Origin: Octopus vulgaris
Lineage: Eukaryota
Assembly (NCBI GenBank): GCA_951406725.2
Contig: OX597836.1
Span: forward strand, 6,572,001-6,636,000
Length of the DNA stretch: 64,000 nt
Direction of reading: 5' to 3'
Shown: piece by piece, positions 13,409 through 27,694 of the stretch
Position numbering within the stretch: the stretch's first letter is position 1
How the letters are laid out: each line of letters begins with the position of its first letter
The notes under the pieces: model-generated
The model's input: the letters and a program-made list of their open reading frames with translations, nothing else
Told to the model about the DNA's origin: nothing
Databases searched by the model: none
Position numbers and translations under genes: made by a program

Positions 13409-13920
13409 ATTTATGTATGTATATGGATATATGTTCATATATATACGTATGTGTGTGTGAGTTGTGTGTCTGTGAGTGCGTACGTGTGTATGTATATAAA
13501 TATACATGCAGACACACACAGCTGAAGAAATATTCTTTGTAGTCTGTAATTCGGAAACTAACATCGATACCCAACCACTTGCCAATCACGCTCCACCCGA
13601 ATCTCACCCGTATTAATAAAACAACTCCATACAGAAGAGTTCGCAGGGTGTTTCTTTTCGTCTGTTAGACTTCTGAAGTGTTACTGCGTCCATTTTATGA
13701 AGTGTCATGGCGTCCATGTCTCTGTTAAGTACACCATATCCCATGATTGTATCTCTACGCTGCTGCCGCTCTCTAACCAAAAATATTAACTCAAACACCA
13801 AGAAATTTGTAAAGAATTTCCTCATCATTTGCATACACGATCGCATTTGCGCGCGCGAATACACACACACACAGACACACACATATATCGCTGTCTTATA
13901 TAAGATTATGTCACTTTCCT

Positions 13921-13966
<46 letters not shown>

Positions 13967-13998
13967 TGCATGTGTCTGTCTGTATGTGTATGTATATA

Positions 13999-14071
<73 letters not shown>

Positions 14072-14112
14072 TTTGCACATGTACCTAATACATACATATA
14101 TATATATATATG

Positions 14113-14178
<66 letters not shown>

Positions 14179-14182
14179 CATG

Positions 14183-14255
<73 letters not shown>

Positions 14256-14717
14256 CTGTGTGTAAGCATGAATGTATGTATATAAAATACATGCTTACAT
14301 ACATATCTACTCGTGTCCATACATACTTGCAACTTTGATGTTTTTAACACTCTATAAAGTTGTGAGTTGCCATTGAGCACTTTATTCGAATTTGTGAATT
14401 TTCGAATTGATATATATATATCAATATATATATACTTAGAGAGAGAGAAGATGTGTTTGTACATTTGTATGTGCGCATATCCACATATATGTTAGTATGT
14501 ATCGTGTTGTTTGTGTCTTTAAAAGTTAACCGGTGCATCCAACTCTGATGCAACAACAAACGCATATTATTTTTCATACGCACATTACACGGAGAAACTC
14601 TTGTAAATATTATGCTCCAGCGATATAACCACGATTGTGAATTCTTTGAATCGTCGTTTTTATGGCGATGAAAAACGAAAAACCAAAAAATATTATTTTT
14701 ATTATTATTATATTAAT

Positions 14718-14719
<2 letters not shown>

Positions 14720-14773
<54 letters not shown>

Positions 14774-14923
14774 GAAGAAGAAGAAGAAGAAGAAGAAGAA
14801 AAAAAAAAAAGAAGAAGAAGAAGAAGAAGAAGAAGAAGAAGAAGAAGAAGAAGAAGAAGAAGAAGAAGAAGAAGAAGAAGAAGAAGAAGAAGAAGAAGAA
14901 GAAGAAGAAGAAGAAGAAGAAGA
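14720..14923. repeat. (AAT)n followed by (AAG)n
   Basis: Read directly; other (AAG)n tracts at about 23638-23803, 30026-30110, 52893-53020 and 60798-60950. Confidence 0.95.
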
Positions 14924-15414
14924 CTAGCTGACAACAAAGTATGCGATAAGGAAGAAAAAAAGTCGATAGATATGACAGGTTAGCTTGGGAGGTTAAGCAG
15001 TTGTGCTCAGTGAAAAGGGTGTTAATGGATCTAAGAAATGTTACTTTTGCGTAGCAGAAAGATTTCATATTCGTCTTCGACTTAGCAATTTCAACACACT
15101 GCTTAATTCAAGATCTGAAATTTTTAGCAGGTGTAGACACATAGGCAGGTATCGCTTATCGAAGTGGTGTGTACAACCCGCTTCGGATTGAGTCTTGCAG
15201 ACTCAGAAATATTTTCTTTTATTGTGTTCTAAACCAGTTGTATTTAATGAGCTTTCTACAATCAGGAGGAAAGAGGATCGTAATTTTTGATTTCGTTTCA
15301 TTTTTCTCATTCCATTTTTTGCTCGAACCGTTTACACGTTTATTTGTTTTATTTCTCCGCGTTTATCATATTTTCATACTGACCAGCCTCCTTGATTTGT
15401 AAAAGTTATACATA

Positions 15415-15837
15415 GGCGAAGGAGTGGCTGTGTGGTAAGTAGCTTGCTAACCAACCACATGGTTCCGGGTTCAGTCCCACTGCGTGGCATCTTGGGCAAG
15501 TGTCTTCTGCTATAGCCCCGAGCTGACCAATGCCTTGTAAGTGGATTTGGTAGACGGAAACTGAAAGAAGCCTGTCGTATATATGTATATATATATATAT
15601 AAGTGTTTGTGTGTGTGTGTTTGTGTGTCTGTGTTTGTCCCCCTAGCATTGCTTGACAACCGATGCTGGTGTGTTTACGTCTCCGTCACTTAGCGGTTCG
15701 GCAAAAGAGACCGATAGAATAAGTACTGGGCTTACAAAGAATAAGTCCCGGGGTCGATTTGCTCGACTAAAGGCGGTGCTCCAGCATGGCCGCAGTCAAA
15801 TGACTGAAAGAAGTAAAAGAGTAAAAGAGTAAAGAGT
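15415..15837 (+). mobile_element. SINE family B, full length
   Basis: tRNA-like head, CORE-like segment, internal microsatellite, tail of (AAAGAGT)n repeats. Confidence 0.9.
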
Positions 15838-15982
15838 ATAACGCATAAACAGAGCCTGAAAGGTTGCTTTAAGATACATGGCGTATTTTATGAATATGCT
15901 TGTTCAGGTATCGTTATAGCATGAAACCATTATTAGCTCTTTCGGTTGTAGATCTAATTTGATATAAACTTCGATAAACTTC

Positions 15983-16168
15983 GATATGTTTCGACCAAAG
16001 ATTGGTCCAGCTCATGTCTAACTTAACAGCACCACCTGATAGGATTATCTAAATCCTTTTAAAGTCAAGTTTTGCGGTATCATGGTCCATTCGAATAGTG
16101 AGTTCTTGTTGAATGAGTTGTGTCGAGGTATAGGTGACTTATCTGATACTCCTTGAAGAAATTTGTAC
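15983..16168 (-). mobile_element. LINE 3' end, same family as 59700-60096, more diverged
   Basis: GATATGTTTCGACCAAAGATTGGTCCAG...CACCACCTGATAGGATTATCTAAATCC is shared with 59704-59777. Confidence 0.8.
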
Positions 16169-16620
16169 ACATACACAGGCACACATTGTGTGCCATTCTA
16201 AAGAATAGAATGGTTTACAATTATTCTCTGTGTATGACATTTTAGTCAACGCGTTCAACGGTCGCTTATATATGAATATAAATGTATGCAACACATGAGT
16301 CGTACTAAGCTATTTGAAACGTATGTAAGCTAAATGAATCGTTGATAATGCATCTTCATAGTTTATGTTTGTTTTTCTTTTCTAATAAATTATCTGATTG
16401 CCTCACAGTATTTAATTAGTATCTGACCTTCAGATTTACGAACTGGACGTGTCAGAGGAAATAATAACAACCTGTATGGAAAATTGTAGTCATAGTTGAA
16501 CAATTTAGTTAGCCGGGTGTGATTTCTGCAGAGTGCTTAAAGAGGTATTTGCCTGAATACACTTAATCCCTATTTTCCTTCATATGAATGCATTCATGCA
16601 TGCATACATACATGCATACA

Positions 16621-16652
<32 letters not shown>

Positions 16653-16677
16653 CACATACACATACATATGCATGCAA

Positions 16678-16719
<42 letters not shown>

Positions 16720-16827
16720 CTATGTATATTCATATATGTATATATTACGTATATACATGTATGCATATATATATGCAGATCGATAAATATTCATACATAC
16801 ATATTCATACATATGTATATATATACA

Positions 16828-16878
<51 letters not shown>

Positions 16879-16977
16879 ATGTATGTATATATATGTATGT
16901 ATGTGTGTGTGTATGTATGTATGTATGTATGTATGTATGGATGTATGTATGTATGTACGTATGTATGTATGTATGTA

Positions 16978-17014
<37 letters not shown>

Positions 17015-17871
17015 GTGTGTGTGTGCGTGTGTGTGTCTGTATGTTTATATGATAATAAGAATTCTCAACATTTACCCACAAACGCAAACATACAAAGAAT
17101 AATTATAGAAAAATATACAAACACTCGCTCAGCTATTCGCATATAAATGAAATAAAAAAATAATTAAAAAGAATTCTAGATTTTCTTTTCACGAAAATAT
17201 AATTGAATCTCTCGCATTTCAATTTACTTCTCCATTCATTGCTTGTCTCATTTCTGTTTGTTGTTGGCGCTCTTCAGTAGATGGAGGTGAGATTCGTATG
17301 CGCTGCTCATGCCGCCATTGTTTTCTTATTGAAGTAATTATAACTACGAACTTCACACACACACACACACACACAATCACAATCACATTTACACGCATAT
17401 AAACAAACAAACATGCATACATATGTATGTATATAATTATACATGTTTCTGCACGTGTGTGGTGAGAATGTGTATATGTATGTATGTATGTATGTGAGCG
17501 TATAAAGGCAAAATATAAAGTCAACATGCAATAAGTTATAAACAAATATAAACTTGTACAAACACACGGTGTATAGGAGAGTTAGCGAGAAAAATACATG
17601 CATATATATTTGTGCATGTATGTATATATATATATTTATATATGCGTGTGTGTGTGTGTGTGTGTATGTATGTACGCACGCATGTATGTATGTAGACATA
17701 TGTGTATGTCTAGGTATCTATGTATATGTGTGTATATACATATATATATATATATGCATATATATATGCATGCATGTAAATATGTATACATACGTATCTG
17801 TATATATGCATTGAGATTTATGTACACATTTATACAGACAACTAAATAATATTATGTGTTTTCATCTCTTC

Positions 17872-18033
<162 letters not shown>

Positions 18034-18056
18034 TACATATATATATATACATACAT

Positions 18057-18147
<91 letters not shown>

Positions 18148-18259
18148 CATACATATATGTATATATGTATATATGTATATAAAAGAATATAAATACGCAC
18201 ACATATATACTCATGTGTGTATATATGCGTATATACATATATATACACATATGAAGTTG

Positions 18260-18632
18260 ATGTATTGGTTGCACAGATATTCACACCCGCAATGTCACAA
18301 AATGAAAGAAATGTTTTTTTTATCTCCATAAGATACTTAATAAGGTCGGTTCTCATTGGATAAAACAATTCATATAATCTGGTTTCTTGCAAATTTTTCT
18401 TGTTACCAGGCAATATTGATGGAACCAACTTCTTTCATAGGGTAAGAGCAATTTATGATTGTTACTCTCTGACATCAGCTGAAACTCTTTAAAGCCAACT
18501 TGCTCTGTATTGTTTGTTTGTGGAGGGTGGAAATATTCGAAGAGAAAGGTCTTCCATCAATGACAAATGAAGAACATCATTGAGCTTCGTTTCATAGATA
18601 TCACAATTTTCTAAAGAATTTAGATTGTTTTC
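18260..18632 (-). pseudogene. possible degraded hAT-like transposase fragment
   Basis: One minus frame reads [27 protein letters not shown], loosely like the KEFQ...KLL.P..TRW segment of hAT/ZNF862-type transposases; frameshifts and stops present. Confidence 0.3.
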
Positions 18633-18656
18633 ACTTAGGTCAGTGGTTGTTACACA

Positions 18657-18755
<99 letters not shown>

Positions 18756-18769
18756 TATTATTACTATTT

Positions 18770-19134
18770 TTATTACCTCAGCCTTAATGAAGGCGGAGGT
18801 ATTGTTGTTAGTCGCGTTTGTTTATTTGTTTGTCCATGGACAAAATATCTCAAGAACTGCTGGATGGATTTGGATGAAACTTTCAGGGATGTTTGGCCTC
18901 ATGACTAGCATAAACTGATTAGATTAGATTTCGGTACCAAACAAGGATTCTGGATTATTTTTCCTGTTTTTGTTTTACTTAATATTTGAGAGCGGTCGGG
19001 TTCATATTTAGTATTCTCATTTGTGAGAGCAGTTGAGTTTATTTCAGATATTCTCATTTTAAAAATCATCTCCAGCTAATCGTTGAGAGGACATTGGTGT
19101 TGCCATGGCGGAGGTTTGCGCTCTCCGAGTGCTC

Positions 19135-19139
<5 letters not shown>
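18770..19139 (+). mobile_element. non-autonomous Helentron (HINE/DINE-1-like) rolling-circle element
   Basis: 5' ACCTCAGCC-ttaatgaa-GGCGGAGGT stem, (GTTT)-rich segment, 3' subterminal GGCGGAGGT (19107-19115), terminal hairpin GCGCTC-tcc-GAGTGC, T-rich flanks. Confidence 0.7.
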
Positions 19140-19168
<29 letters not shown>

Positions 19169-19284
19169 GATTAGTATTATTATGATTATTATTATTATTA
19201 TTATTATTATTATAATTAATCCCCTCCCCCCAAATTTCAGGCTTCGTGCCTCAATAGTAGAAAGGATTATTATTATTATTATTA

Positions 19285-19342
<58 letters not shown>

Positions 19343-19981
19343 TTAAGACAGTTTGACTCAGCTCCATGCGACTTAAAGTTTCACAGACCAACTTTATTTT
19401 AGTCCCTTTCCATATCCAGTATTTTTCAGTTGTGTCTTTCATTTTCTATCACTATCTACCTCTCTCTCTCTCTCTCTCTCTAACTCTCTCGCTCTCGCTA
19501 CCATTCCCCTCTCACATTCCATCCGTTTTCTACCTCATCCCTCTTCCTTCCACCCTTGTAATAGTTAACCTCCAACCACGGCACCTCGCCAGTTATCCTC
19601 TTCACAAACATGCTACTCTCTACACAAACCATCTCCAACCACATCTCTCCCTACCGCCACCGCTTCTACCGTCGTCGCCTCCATCATCGCCACTGAATTA
19701 TTAAACACATCCCACTCCGACCACACCGCCACACAACCCTCTCCTCCCACCGATACTCAACGAAATCATTTTAGATAATTGAGTTATCAGTGTAAATCAG
19801 AAACATAGAAATATATTGACAGAGTGTCAATGGGTTGTAGTGGTGGTGGTGGTGGTGGTGTGGTGTTGTGGTTGTGGTGGTGGTGGTCGTGGTGGTGACA
19901 TCGGTTGTAATGATGGTGAGGCGGTTGGTGGGTAATATATAATCTACGAGCGATTGTATAGGATATATTTGAATGTACCTA

Positions 19982-20017
<36 letters not shown>

Positions 20018-20334
20018 TGTATGTATGTATGTATGTATGTGTGTGTATGTGTTTGTGTATGTCTATATATGTGCGTGTGTGTGTGTAAAACAAAGTGATG
20101 GCACTATAAAATCCAAATGTTATACGTCGAACTTCATTAGCTTAGAACTGTTTCTGCTGTAGGGTGTGGTGGACGCTTAGTTGCGGAAAGCAGAAACAAC
20201 TTTAAGCCAGTGAATTTCCTTACATAACATTTGGTTTTCCGATGTCATCTCTTTATTCTATACTCATCTAACATACTCTTCTGAAGCATACGTATACTGA
20301 ATGCTACACCAGGTTATTAGACTCGCGAAATATT

Positions 20335-20434
<100 letters not shown>

Positions 20435-20567
20435 CGTGTGTGTGTATACATTCACACGTACATTTCTATAAGTATGCATGCAAGTACGTATGTATAGATA
20501 TTTGAATGGGTATATGTACGTGTGTATGCATGTATGTACGTATGTATGTATCTCTCCCTCACTCTCA

Positions 20568-20635
<68 letters not shown>

Positions 20636-21795
20636 CAGGGTATGTACGCGTGCATTTTTGGCAGTTATGGAGAACCAAAATGGCCGTCTCTAAGGATGTT
20701 AAAGATTAAAAATGTCAGTTTTAAAAATCTGATACATTATCAACAATAGCCACTGGTATTTTGTATTATGACGTGCTTCTTGCCACTCACACAGCTCATT
20801 TGCATATATTAGCATATAAAATATGTAACAGGATGGGTGTGGCGGGTGGCTTGGAGTGTGTGGCGTGCAATGTGAAATAGACTGCGTAATTGTGTGACGT
20901 GGGTGGATCACGCGTGCTTTGGATCGAGTGACTGCACATGTCGGTGAGAATTCATATAAGCGTATGTCGAAGTATGCGCTTTAATAATTGCTGTGTGTAT
21001 GCAAGGGAGAAGTAGTGTGAGTGTATATATATATGTGTGTATGTGTGTGTGTGTGTGTGTATGCGGAGGTGTATTTTTTGTATATGTGTTCAATTAAATT
21101 TTAGTGAAAAATTTTGAATAATTATATATGGATGCGTGTGTGCGTGTATGTCGGTTGTTAATGAATGTATGCCTGTATCGATCTGAGTTTGAAAGTATGG
21201 ATGCATATATTTTAAAGACTACACATGCGCACGCACACACATACGCATAAATAAATAACTAAATAAATAAATAAATATATATATATATATACACACACAA
21301 AGAGGGGGGAAATATAGAGAGGGAGAAGTATATATACGTATGCGTATGTGTTTATGTATGTATGTTTGTATGTGTGTGTGTGTGTGTATGTCTAAAGGTG
21401 TTTACGTTTGTGTGAGGGTGTAAGGGTGTATATATCTAATTGGTCAAATAATTCTATGTTTGTATGTCTGTGCGAATACTTGAAAGTCGGTGAGTGTATA
21501 TATATATACATAAAGATATATTTACATATACATATACACATACATGCATACACACACACGTATATATATATATATATAAATAATGAGAGAAGGAGAGAGT
21601 GGGTGTATATGCATATATCTGAGAGTGCGCGAAACCTTGCAGCCATACTTGTGCGTATGAATATGTATTTATGTAAATATGTGTATATTTTGTGTATGAT
21701 TCACTGCTTATGTGTGTAAAGTATGGTGTATTACCATGTCGTACAAGTGCATATACATACAAATATGTATGTATATAGGAATGTATGTATGTATG

Positions 21796-21829
<34 letters not shown>

Positions 21830-22206
21830 CGTATGTATGTATATTGTACGTATATGTGCATATACATGCGTGCGAATGGTATGTTTAACGGATTAATATA
21901 CCTTTCATTTTTAATGCGTATGTGTATTGGTGTATATTCGTGTGTAAGTACCTGTGTATGTGTGAGAGAGAGAGTGTACGTATGCATATGCGCATGCGTG
22001 GGCGCACGCGTGTGTACGACGTGTGCATGTGTCTGTGCGTGTGTGTACGTATGGATGCTGGCGGTGTGTGAGGAAACATTTAAATTTTCGTTTTTTTTTT
22101 TTATTTTATCGAAAAAATTTTTTGAAGTGAAAAGTGCAAAACGCAAATACATTTAAGATAACCGATGGAGAAAATAGAGAGAGACAATGACGGAAAGGGA
22201 GAGGGC

Positions 22207-22249
<43 letters not shown>

Positions 22250-22809
22250 GTGAGTGTGGCGGTAGGGTGGAATGCAGCCGCTGCAACAATTACCATATAT
22301 GGTAATGAATCGGGGTGAGTTTATTGTCAAGTGATTGTATTAAAAGTGTATGAAAGAGTGTGACGTGAGATGTTCTCTATGAATTAAATTCTTATTTTAG
22401 TGCGCAGGGATCGGAGTTCAATTCCTGTTGGCGATGTCTTACGTTTTTACATTCTTCACTGAAGATGTTTGTTCATGTAGAAGTACTCATTACTATCTGG
22501 TAATTGTGTATGGGTGTTTGAATGTATACATTTAACTATGTGTGTATAAACATTTATGAATGTGTATATATGTCATTTAATACACACAATTTCAAAAGTC
22601 CTACTTTTGCTTTAAAATACAATAAGTTTCATGCTTTAAGATACATTAAATTCGCAGATTTATATAACATGCCATTTATCCTAAAGCATGTAGCCATTAG
22701 TAGCTCTTTTGCAATTGTATACACTAATTTATCTCTCACTGGATGGAGTGCTTTCTTGTTGAGCTTACTTATAATAGAACTACATATGTTACTATTATTA
22801 TTATTATAG

Positions 22810-22912
22810 AGGCGCAATGGCCCAGTGGTTAGAGCAGTGGACTCGCGGTCGTAAGATCGCGGTTTCGATTCCCAGTCTGGGGAATGTCAGTGTTTATTGA
22901 GCGAAAACACCT
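22810..22912 (+). mobile_element. SINE family C head (tRNA-Arg-like)
   Basis: GGCGCAATGGCCCAGTGGTTAGAGCAGTGGACTCGCGG...GGTTTCGATTCCC, homologous to the start of 56245-56548. Confidence 0.8.
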
Positions 22913-23242
22913 TAAAATTTCAAACAAATATATCTTAATATGGGGTGGACCACCTTTGGCAGTAATTACAGTTTGAATTCTAAGAGCTATGGACTCGATC
23001 AAAGTTTGAATTGTTTCCAAAGGAATTCTTGCCCATTCTTCAGCTAAAATAGTTTCCAGTTCTTGTAGTGATGAATGTGGAGGATATCGAATCCTTACAT
23101 GTTTTTCTAAAATGCACCATAAATGTTCAATAATATTGAGATCTGGGGACTGTGGTGGCCAGATAAGATGTTCGACTTCACTAGATGTTCCTCGTGCCAT
23201 TCAGTAACAACTTTAGCTGTGTGAATTGGTGCGTTCTCATCC
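22913..23242 (-). pseudogene. Tc1-family (DD34E) transposase C-terminal fragment
   Basis: DENAPIHTAKVVTEW, then after a frameshift WPPQSPDLNIIEHLW...EEWARIP...RIQTVITAKGGP; these are hallmark Tc1 motifs. Confidence 0.9.
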
Positions 23243-23398
23243 ACCCACCCCCACCGCCAGAGTCTGAGGAGTTTCTGTAGAAGAGTTTAGGCTCGAAACG
23301 TCAAAGATATCTTCAATTTTTCCTTTGCTATTCCGTCTTTTGTTTTTGTATCATTTTGAACCACACACACACACACACACATACACATACACACACAA

Positions 23399-23447
<49 letters not shown>

Positions 23448-24264
23448 TACATACACACACACATGTAATTTTTATATGAATTGTGAGAAACCGTGTCGTT
23501 GTTGGCTGTAGATCTCATGCAGCCCAATAACTGATCCATTATATTTCTCGCGACGAGTTTTTTTTTTTTCAGCTCTCCCGCCGACATATGATATTACTAG
23601 AAATAGATATACTATTTCTGAACAAGATGGGGACACAGAAGAAGAAGAAGAAGAAGAAGAAGAAGAAGAAGAAGAAGAAGAAGAAGAAGAAGAAGAAGAA
23701 GAAGAAGAAGAAGAAGAAGAAGAAGAAGAAGAAGAAGAAGAAGAAGAAGAAGAAGAAGAAGAAGAAGAAGAAGAAGAAGAAGAAGAAGAAGAAGAAGAAG
23801 AAGACAACACGGACACTACCAAGAACTGGTATGAACAGTTTCAATGGCCAGAACAGCAACAGCAACAACTGCAGCAGCAGCAGCAGCAGCAGCAAGAACA
23901 ACAACAGCAACAACAACAACACACAGCAACACATATCAGTAAGGTTTTCCGAAGCGAGACAACAGACATCATCATTTCACAAATACAAAACAAAACTAAA
24001 CAAAATAAAATAGAATAAATACAATAAAATACCTTATCAAAGATTCATAAGTGAAACGCAACTCCAACTCCCTGTGCAACATAATCTCTATTATGGGACT
24101 CACCCCCACCCCGCTCTTCCACCCGGCACGAAGCCCCTTTTAATCGAGGTCCCTAGCGTTAAAAACACAATCCCCACCAATTTCTAACAAATCTAGGGAG
24201 CTCAATAAATATTCTGTAATTCTCTTTCATCCATTTATGGTGTCTCCCTGATTTCGTCTTTATC

Positions 24265-24770
24265 GCTCTCTCTCTTTCTCTCTCTCACTCTCTCTTTCTC
24301 TATCTCTCTTTCTCTCTCTCTCTCACTGTTTCTCTCTCTCTCTCTCTCACTCTCTCTCTCTACTTCTATCTTGTTCTCTCTCTTCTCTCTCCTTTTCTCT
24401 CTCCTTCTCTCCCTGTATTTCTCTTTCTGTATTTTACCTTTCTCTTCCTATCTCTTTCTCATTTCTACTCTCTCCCCTTCTTTCCTCTCCTCTCTGTCTC
24501 TCTCCTTTTTTGTCTCCTCTTTGTATCTTGCCTTGTCTGTCTGAATGCTTCTCTCTTTCTTTCTCCCTCTTTTTTTTCTTTCTCTTTTATCCCTCCCCCT
24601 CTCCTTCTCTCTTTCTTTGTCCCTATCTGTCTTTCTGCCTCTCTTTCTTCCCCTCTCTATCCTCCTCTCTATCCTCCTCTCTCTCTCTCCCTCTCTCAGA
24701 GTCACTCTCTGTCTATCGATCTTTCTCATCTTTCTCTTTCTATTCTTTTTTCTCTCTTCCCTTATCTTTC
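24265..24770. repeat. polypyrimidine (CT-rich) tract
   Basis: Read directly; similar tracts at about 43200-43530 and 46440-46950. Confidence 0.9.
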
Positions 24771-24850
24771 CCTATTAACGATACCTTCATTGCTGAATAG
24801 TTTCAGGAACATCAATTATATAAGAACTGGAGCGATAACAACAACAACAT

Positions 24851-24882
<32 letters not shown>

Positions 24883-25368
24883 GCAGCAGCAACAGCAGCA
24901 GCAGCAGTAGCAGCAACGAAAGTCAGAAATAACAAAAGCGTCAGCGATCACAGGAGTATCAAAAACAACAACAACAACAATAACAACAGCAACAACGATA
25001 ATATTGAGGACAATGGTAGCACGAAGGAACAATAACAATACCATTAGTAATCACTAGAATATTAGCAGCAGCAGCAGCAGCAGCAACAACAACAACGAGT
25101 ATATTTAAAACAGGTACAACACTATCTATTAAACAACATAAGCGACATCACCATCATCATCATCATCATCATCGTCATCGTCGTCGTCATCGTTGTCGTC
25201 TTCATCCTCATCCTATTCCTCCTCCTCCTCCTCCTCCTCATCATCATCATCATCATCGTCATCACCATCGTCCTCATCAATGTCACTGTCAGCACAACCA
25301 GTACCACTTCTACTAGACTCCTTTTCCTCCTCCTCCTCCTCCTCCGCTTCTTCCCTTTCCTCTTCTTC

Positions 25369-25369
<1 letters not shown>

Positions 25370-25410
<41 letters not shown>

Positions 25411-25428
25411 TATACTACTACTACTATA

Positions 25429-25466
<38 letters not shown>

Positions 25467-25593
25467 TACTACTACTACTACTACTACTACTACTATATAC
25501 TACTACTACTATATACTACTACTACTATATACTACTACTACTACTATATACTACTACTACTACTACTACTACTATATACTACTACTACTACTA

Positions 25594-25625
<32 letters not shown>

Positions 25626-25653
25626 TATACTACTACTACTACTACTACTACTA
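25370..25653. repeat. (TAC)n microsatellite with TATAC interruptions
   Basis: Read directly. Confidence 0.95.
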
Positions 25654-26241
25654 TTCGTCTCTTCCGCCTCCTCCTCCCATTTTTTTCTTCTCATCCCCCT
25701 TAGTGCTTAGAATGAAGAAGGTATATATATATAATAGTATAAGGATAAAAATATGAGCCGGCAAAATAACTGCTATCGGTTTTCGATTATGACCTTTATA
25801 TCCTGAAACATGTTGGTCGAGTTGTTACATGTGTAATAGGTCATAAAGTGGAAGTTAAGTTAGAAAGCCGTTCAGAGAGTCCCTTACAGCCGTTTCGAGA
25901 GCAGATGCGGAGATGATGCAAGTCGCGCAAAACAAACGGTAGCAAACCATATATCAGCGATCTATTTCATCATCAGAGGGAGAATGAGATATAGCAGCAT
26001 CCTAGTCCATCTTGTATAAGCGAGTATGAATAGGTTTTAAGCGAATATATGTATGTGCTTAATGAATATTTATAAGTGATTAGTGAGGCGTATGTATAAG
26101 CATTTATCTGCATAGGAGCTCAAATTGAGGGAAAGTAATAGAAAAATGGGATTAACTTTTTTTATTGATTGACATAAGGTTTGTCTTGAGTCGGAGGACC
26201 CATAATCAGGTTCTTGCTCATGACCCTGCTCACAAAGTATT

Positions 26242-26328
26242 TTGCGCAAGAACACAACAGTCGCCCTTCCAGGAATCGAACCCATCATCTCCCGATCGTG
26301 AGAGCAACGCCATAACCACTAGGCCACA
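26242..26328 (-). mobile_element. tRNA-derived SINE head fragment
   Basis: Minus strand GTGGCCTAGTGGTTATGGCG (A box) ... GGGTTCGATTCC (B box) ... GTTGTGTTCTTGCGCAAAA. Confidence 0.7.
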
Positions 26329-26762
26329 CATATGAAAAAAAAAACCTGTTTGCAATGTGCATGTAGCTTCTTATTAATGTCGCTGTCGCTTAGCACCAAG
26401 TAAGCTCTAACCTGTCATTCGAATACCCAAAGACTTTTCAGCCGTGACCACTTATATCGAGTATTGACACACAGTGTTTCAAAGACTACATTACCTGATG
26501 CAACCCGCTGTTTGAGATGCTCGGGTGTGATAACACACCGGCCACTGTCATTTAATGTGTTGGGTCTTTGCGCTTAAGTCCTGATGTGTGCATGCGCGAG
26601 TGTGTGTGTGTGTGTGTGTGTGAGCGTGTGTGTGAGTGTGTGTCTCTCCATCTGTTTTTTAATAATTCCCACGGCACCTATTAATATGGACAGCAGTTCT
26701 TGTTCTATCATAATCTCCCTCTCCTGAAAATATTTTCACATATCTCCATCATGATGATGGTG

Positions 26763-26764
<2 letters not shown>

Positions 26765-26848
<84 letters not shown>

Positions 26849-26860
26849 TATTATTATTAC

Positions 26861-26917
<57 letters not shown>

Positions 26918-26974
26918 TATTATTACTACTATTATTATTATTACTATTATTATTATTACTATTATTATTATTAC

Positions 26975-27040
<66 letters not shown>

Positions 27041-27058
27041 TACTATTATTATTATTAC

Positions 27059-27097
<39 letters not shown>

Positions 27098-27132
27098 TAT
27101 TATTATTACTATTATTATTATTATTATTATTA

Positions 27133-27169
<37 letters not shown>

Positions 27170-27181
27170 TATTATTATTAC

Positions 27182-27244
<63 letters not shown>

Positions 27245-27301
27245 TATTATTACTACTATTATTATTATTACTATTATTATTATTACTATTATTATTATTA
27301 C

Positions 27302-27361
<60 letters not shown>

Positions 27362-27403
27362 TATTATTACTACTATTATTATTATTACTATTATTATTAT
27401 TAC

Positions 27404-27468
<65 letters not shown>

Positions 27469-27492
27469 TTATTATTATTATTATCATTACTA

Positions 27493-27565
<73 letters not shown>

Positions 27566-27637
27566 TATTATTATTTTTATTATTATTATTATTATTATTA
27601 TCATTACTATTATTATTATTACTATTATTATTATTAC

Positions 27638-27694
<57 letters not shown>

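Noticed and set aside
13540-13860. Unique block as a coding exon
   Set aside because: No recognisable motif or convincing splice-site pair.
15983-16012. GACCAA-tct-TTGGTC-GAAAC (minus strand) as a hammerhead
   Set aside because: No CUGANGA upstream; better explained as the LINE 3' stem-loop.
22400-22495. B-box-like GGAGTTCAATTCC followed by CTGAAGA as a second tRNA plus HHR element
   Set aside because: No GAAA and no stems; too degenerate to call.
25960-25980. CTGATGA-T-GAAAT on the minus strand as a hammerhead
   Set aside because: No stem II or stem I.
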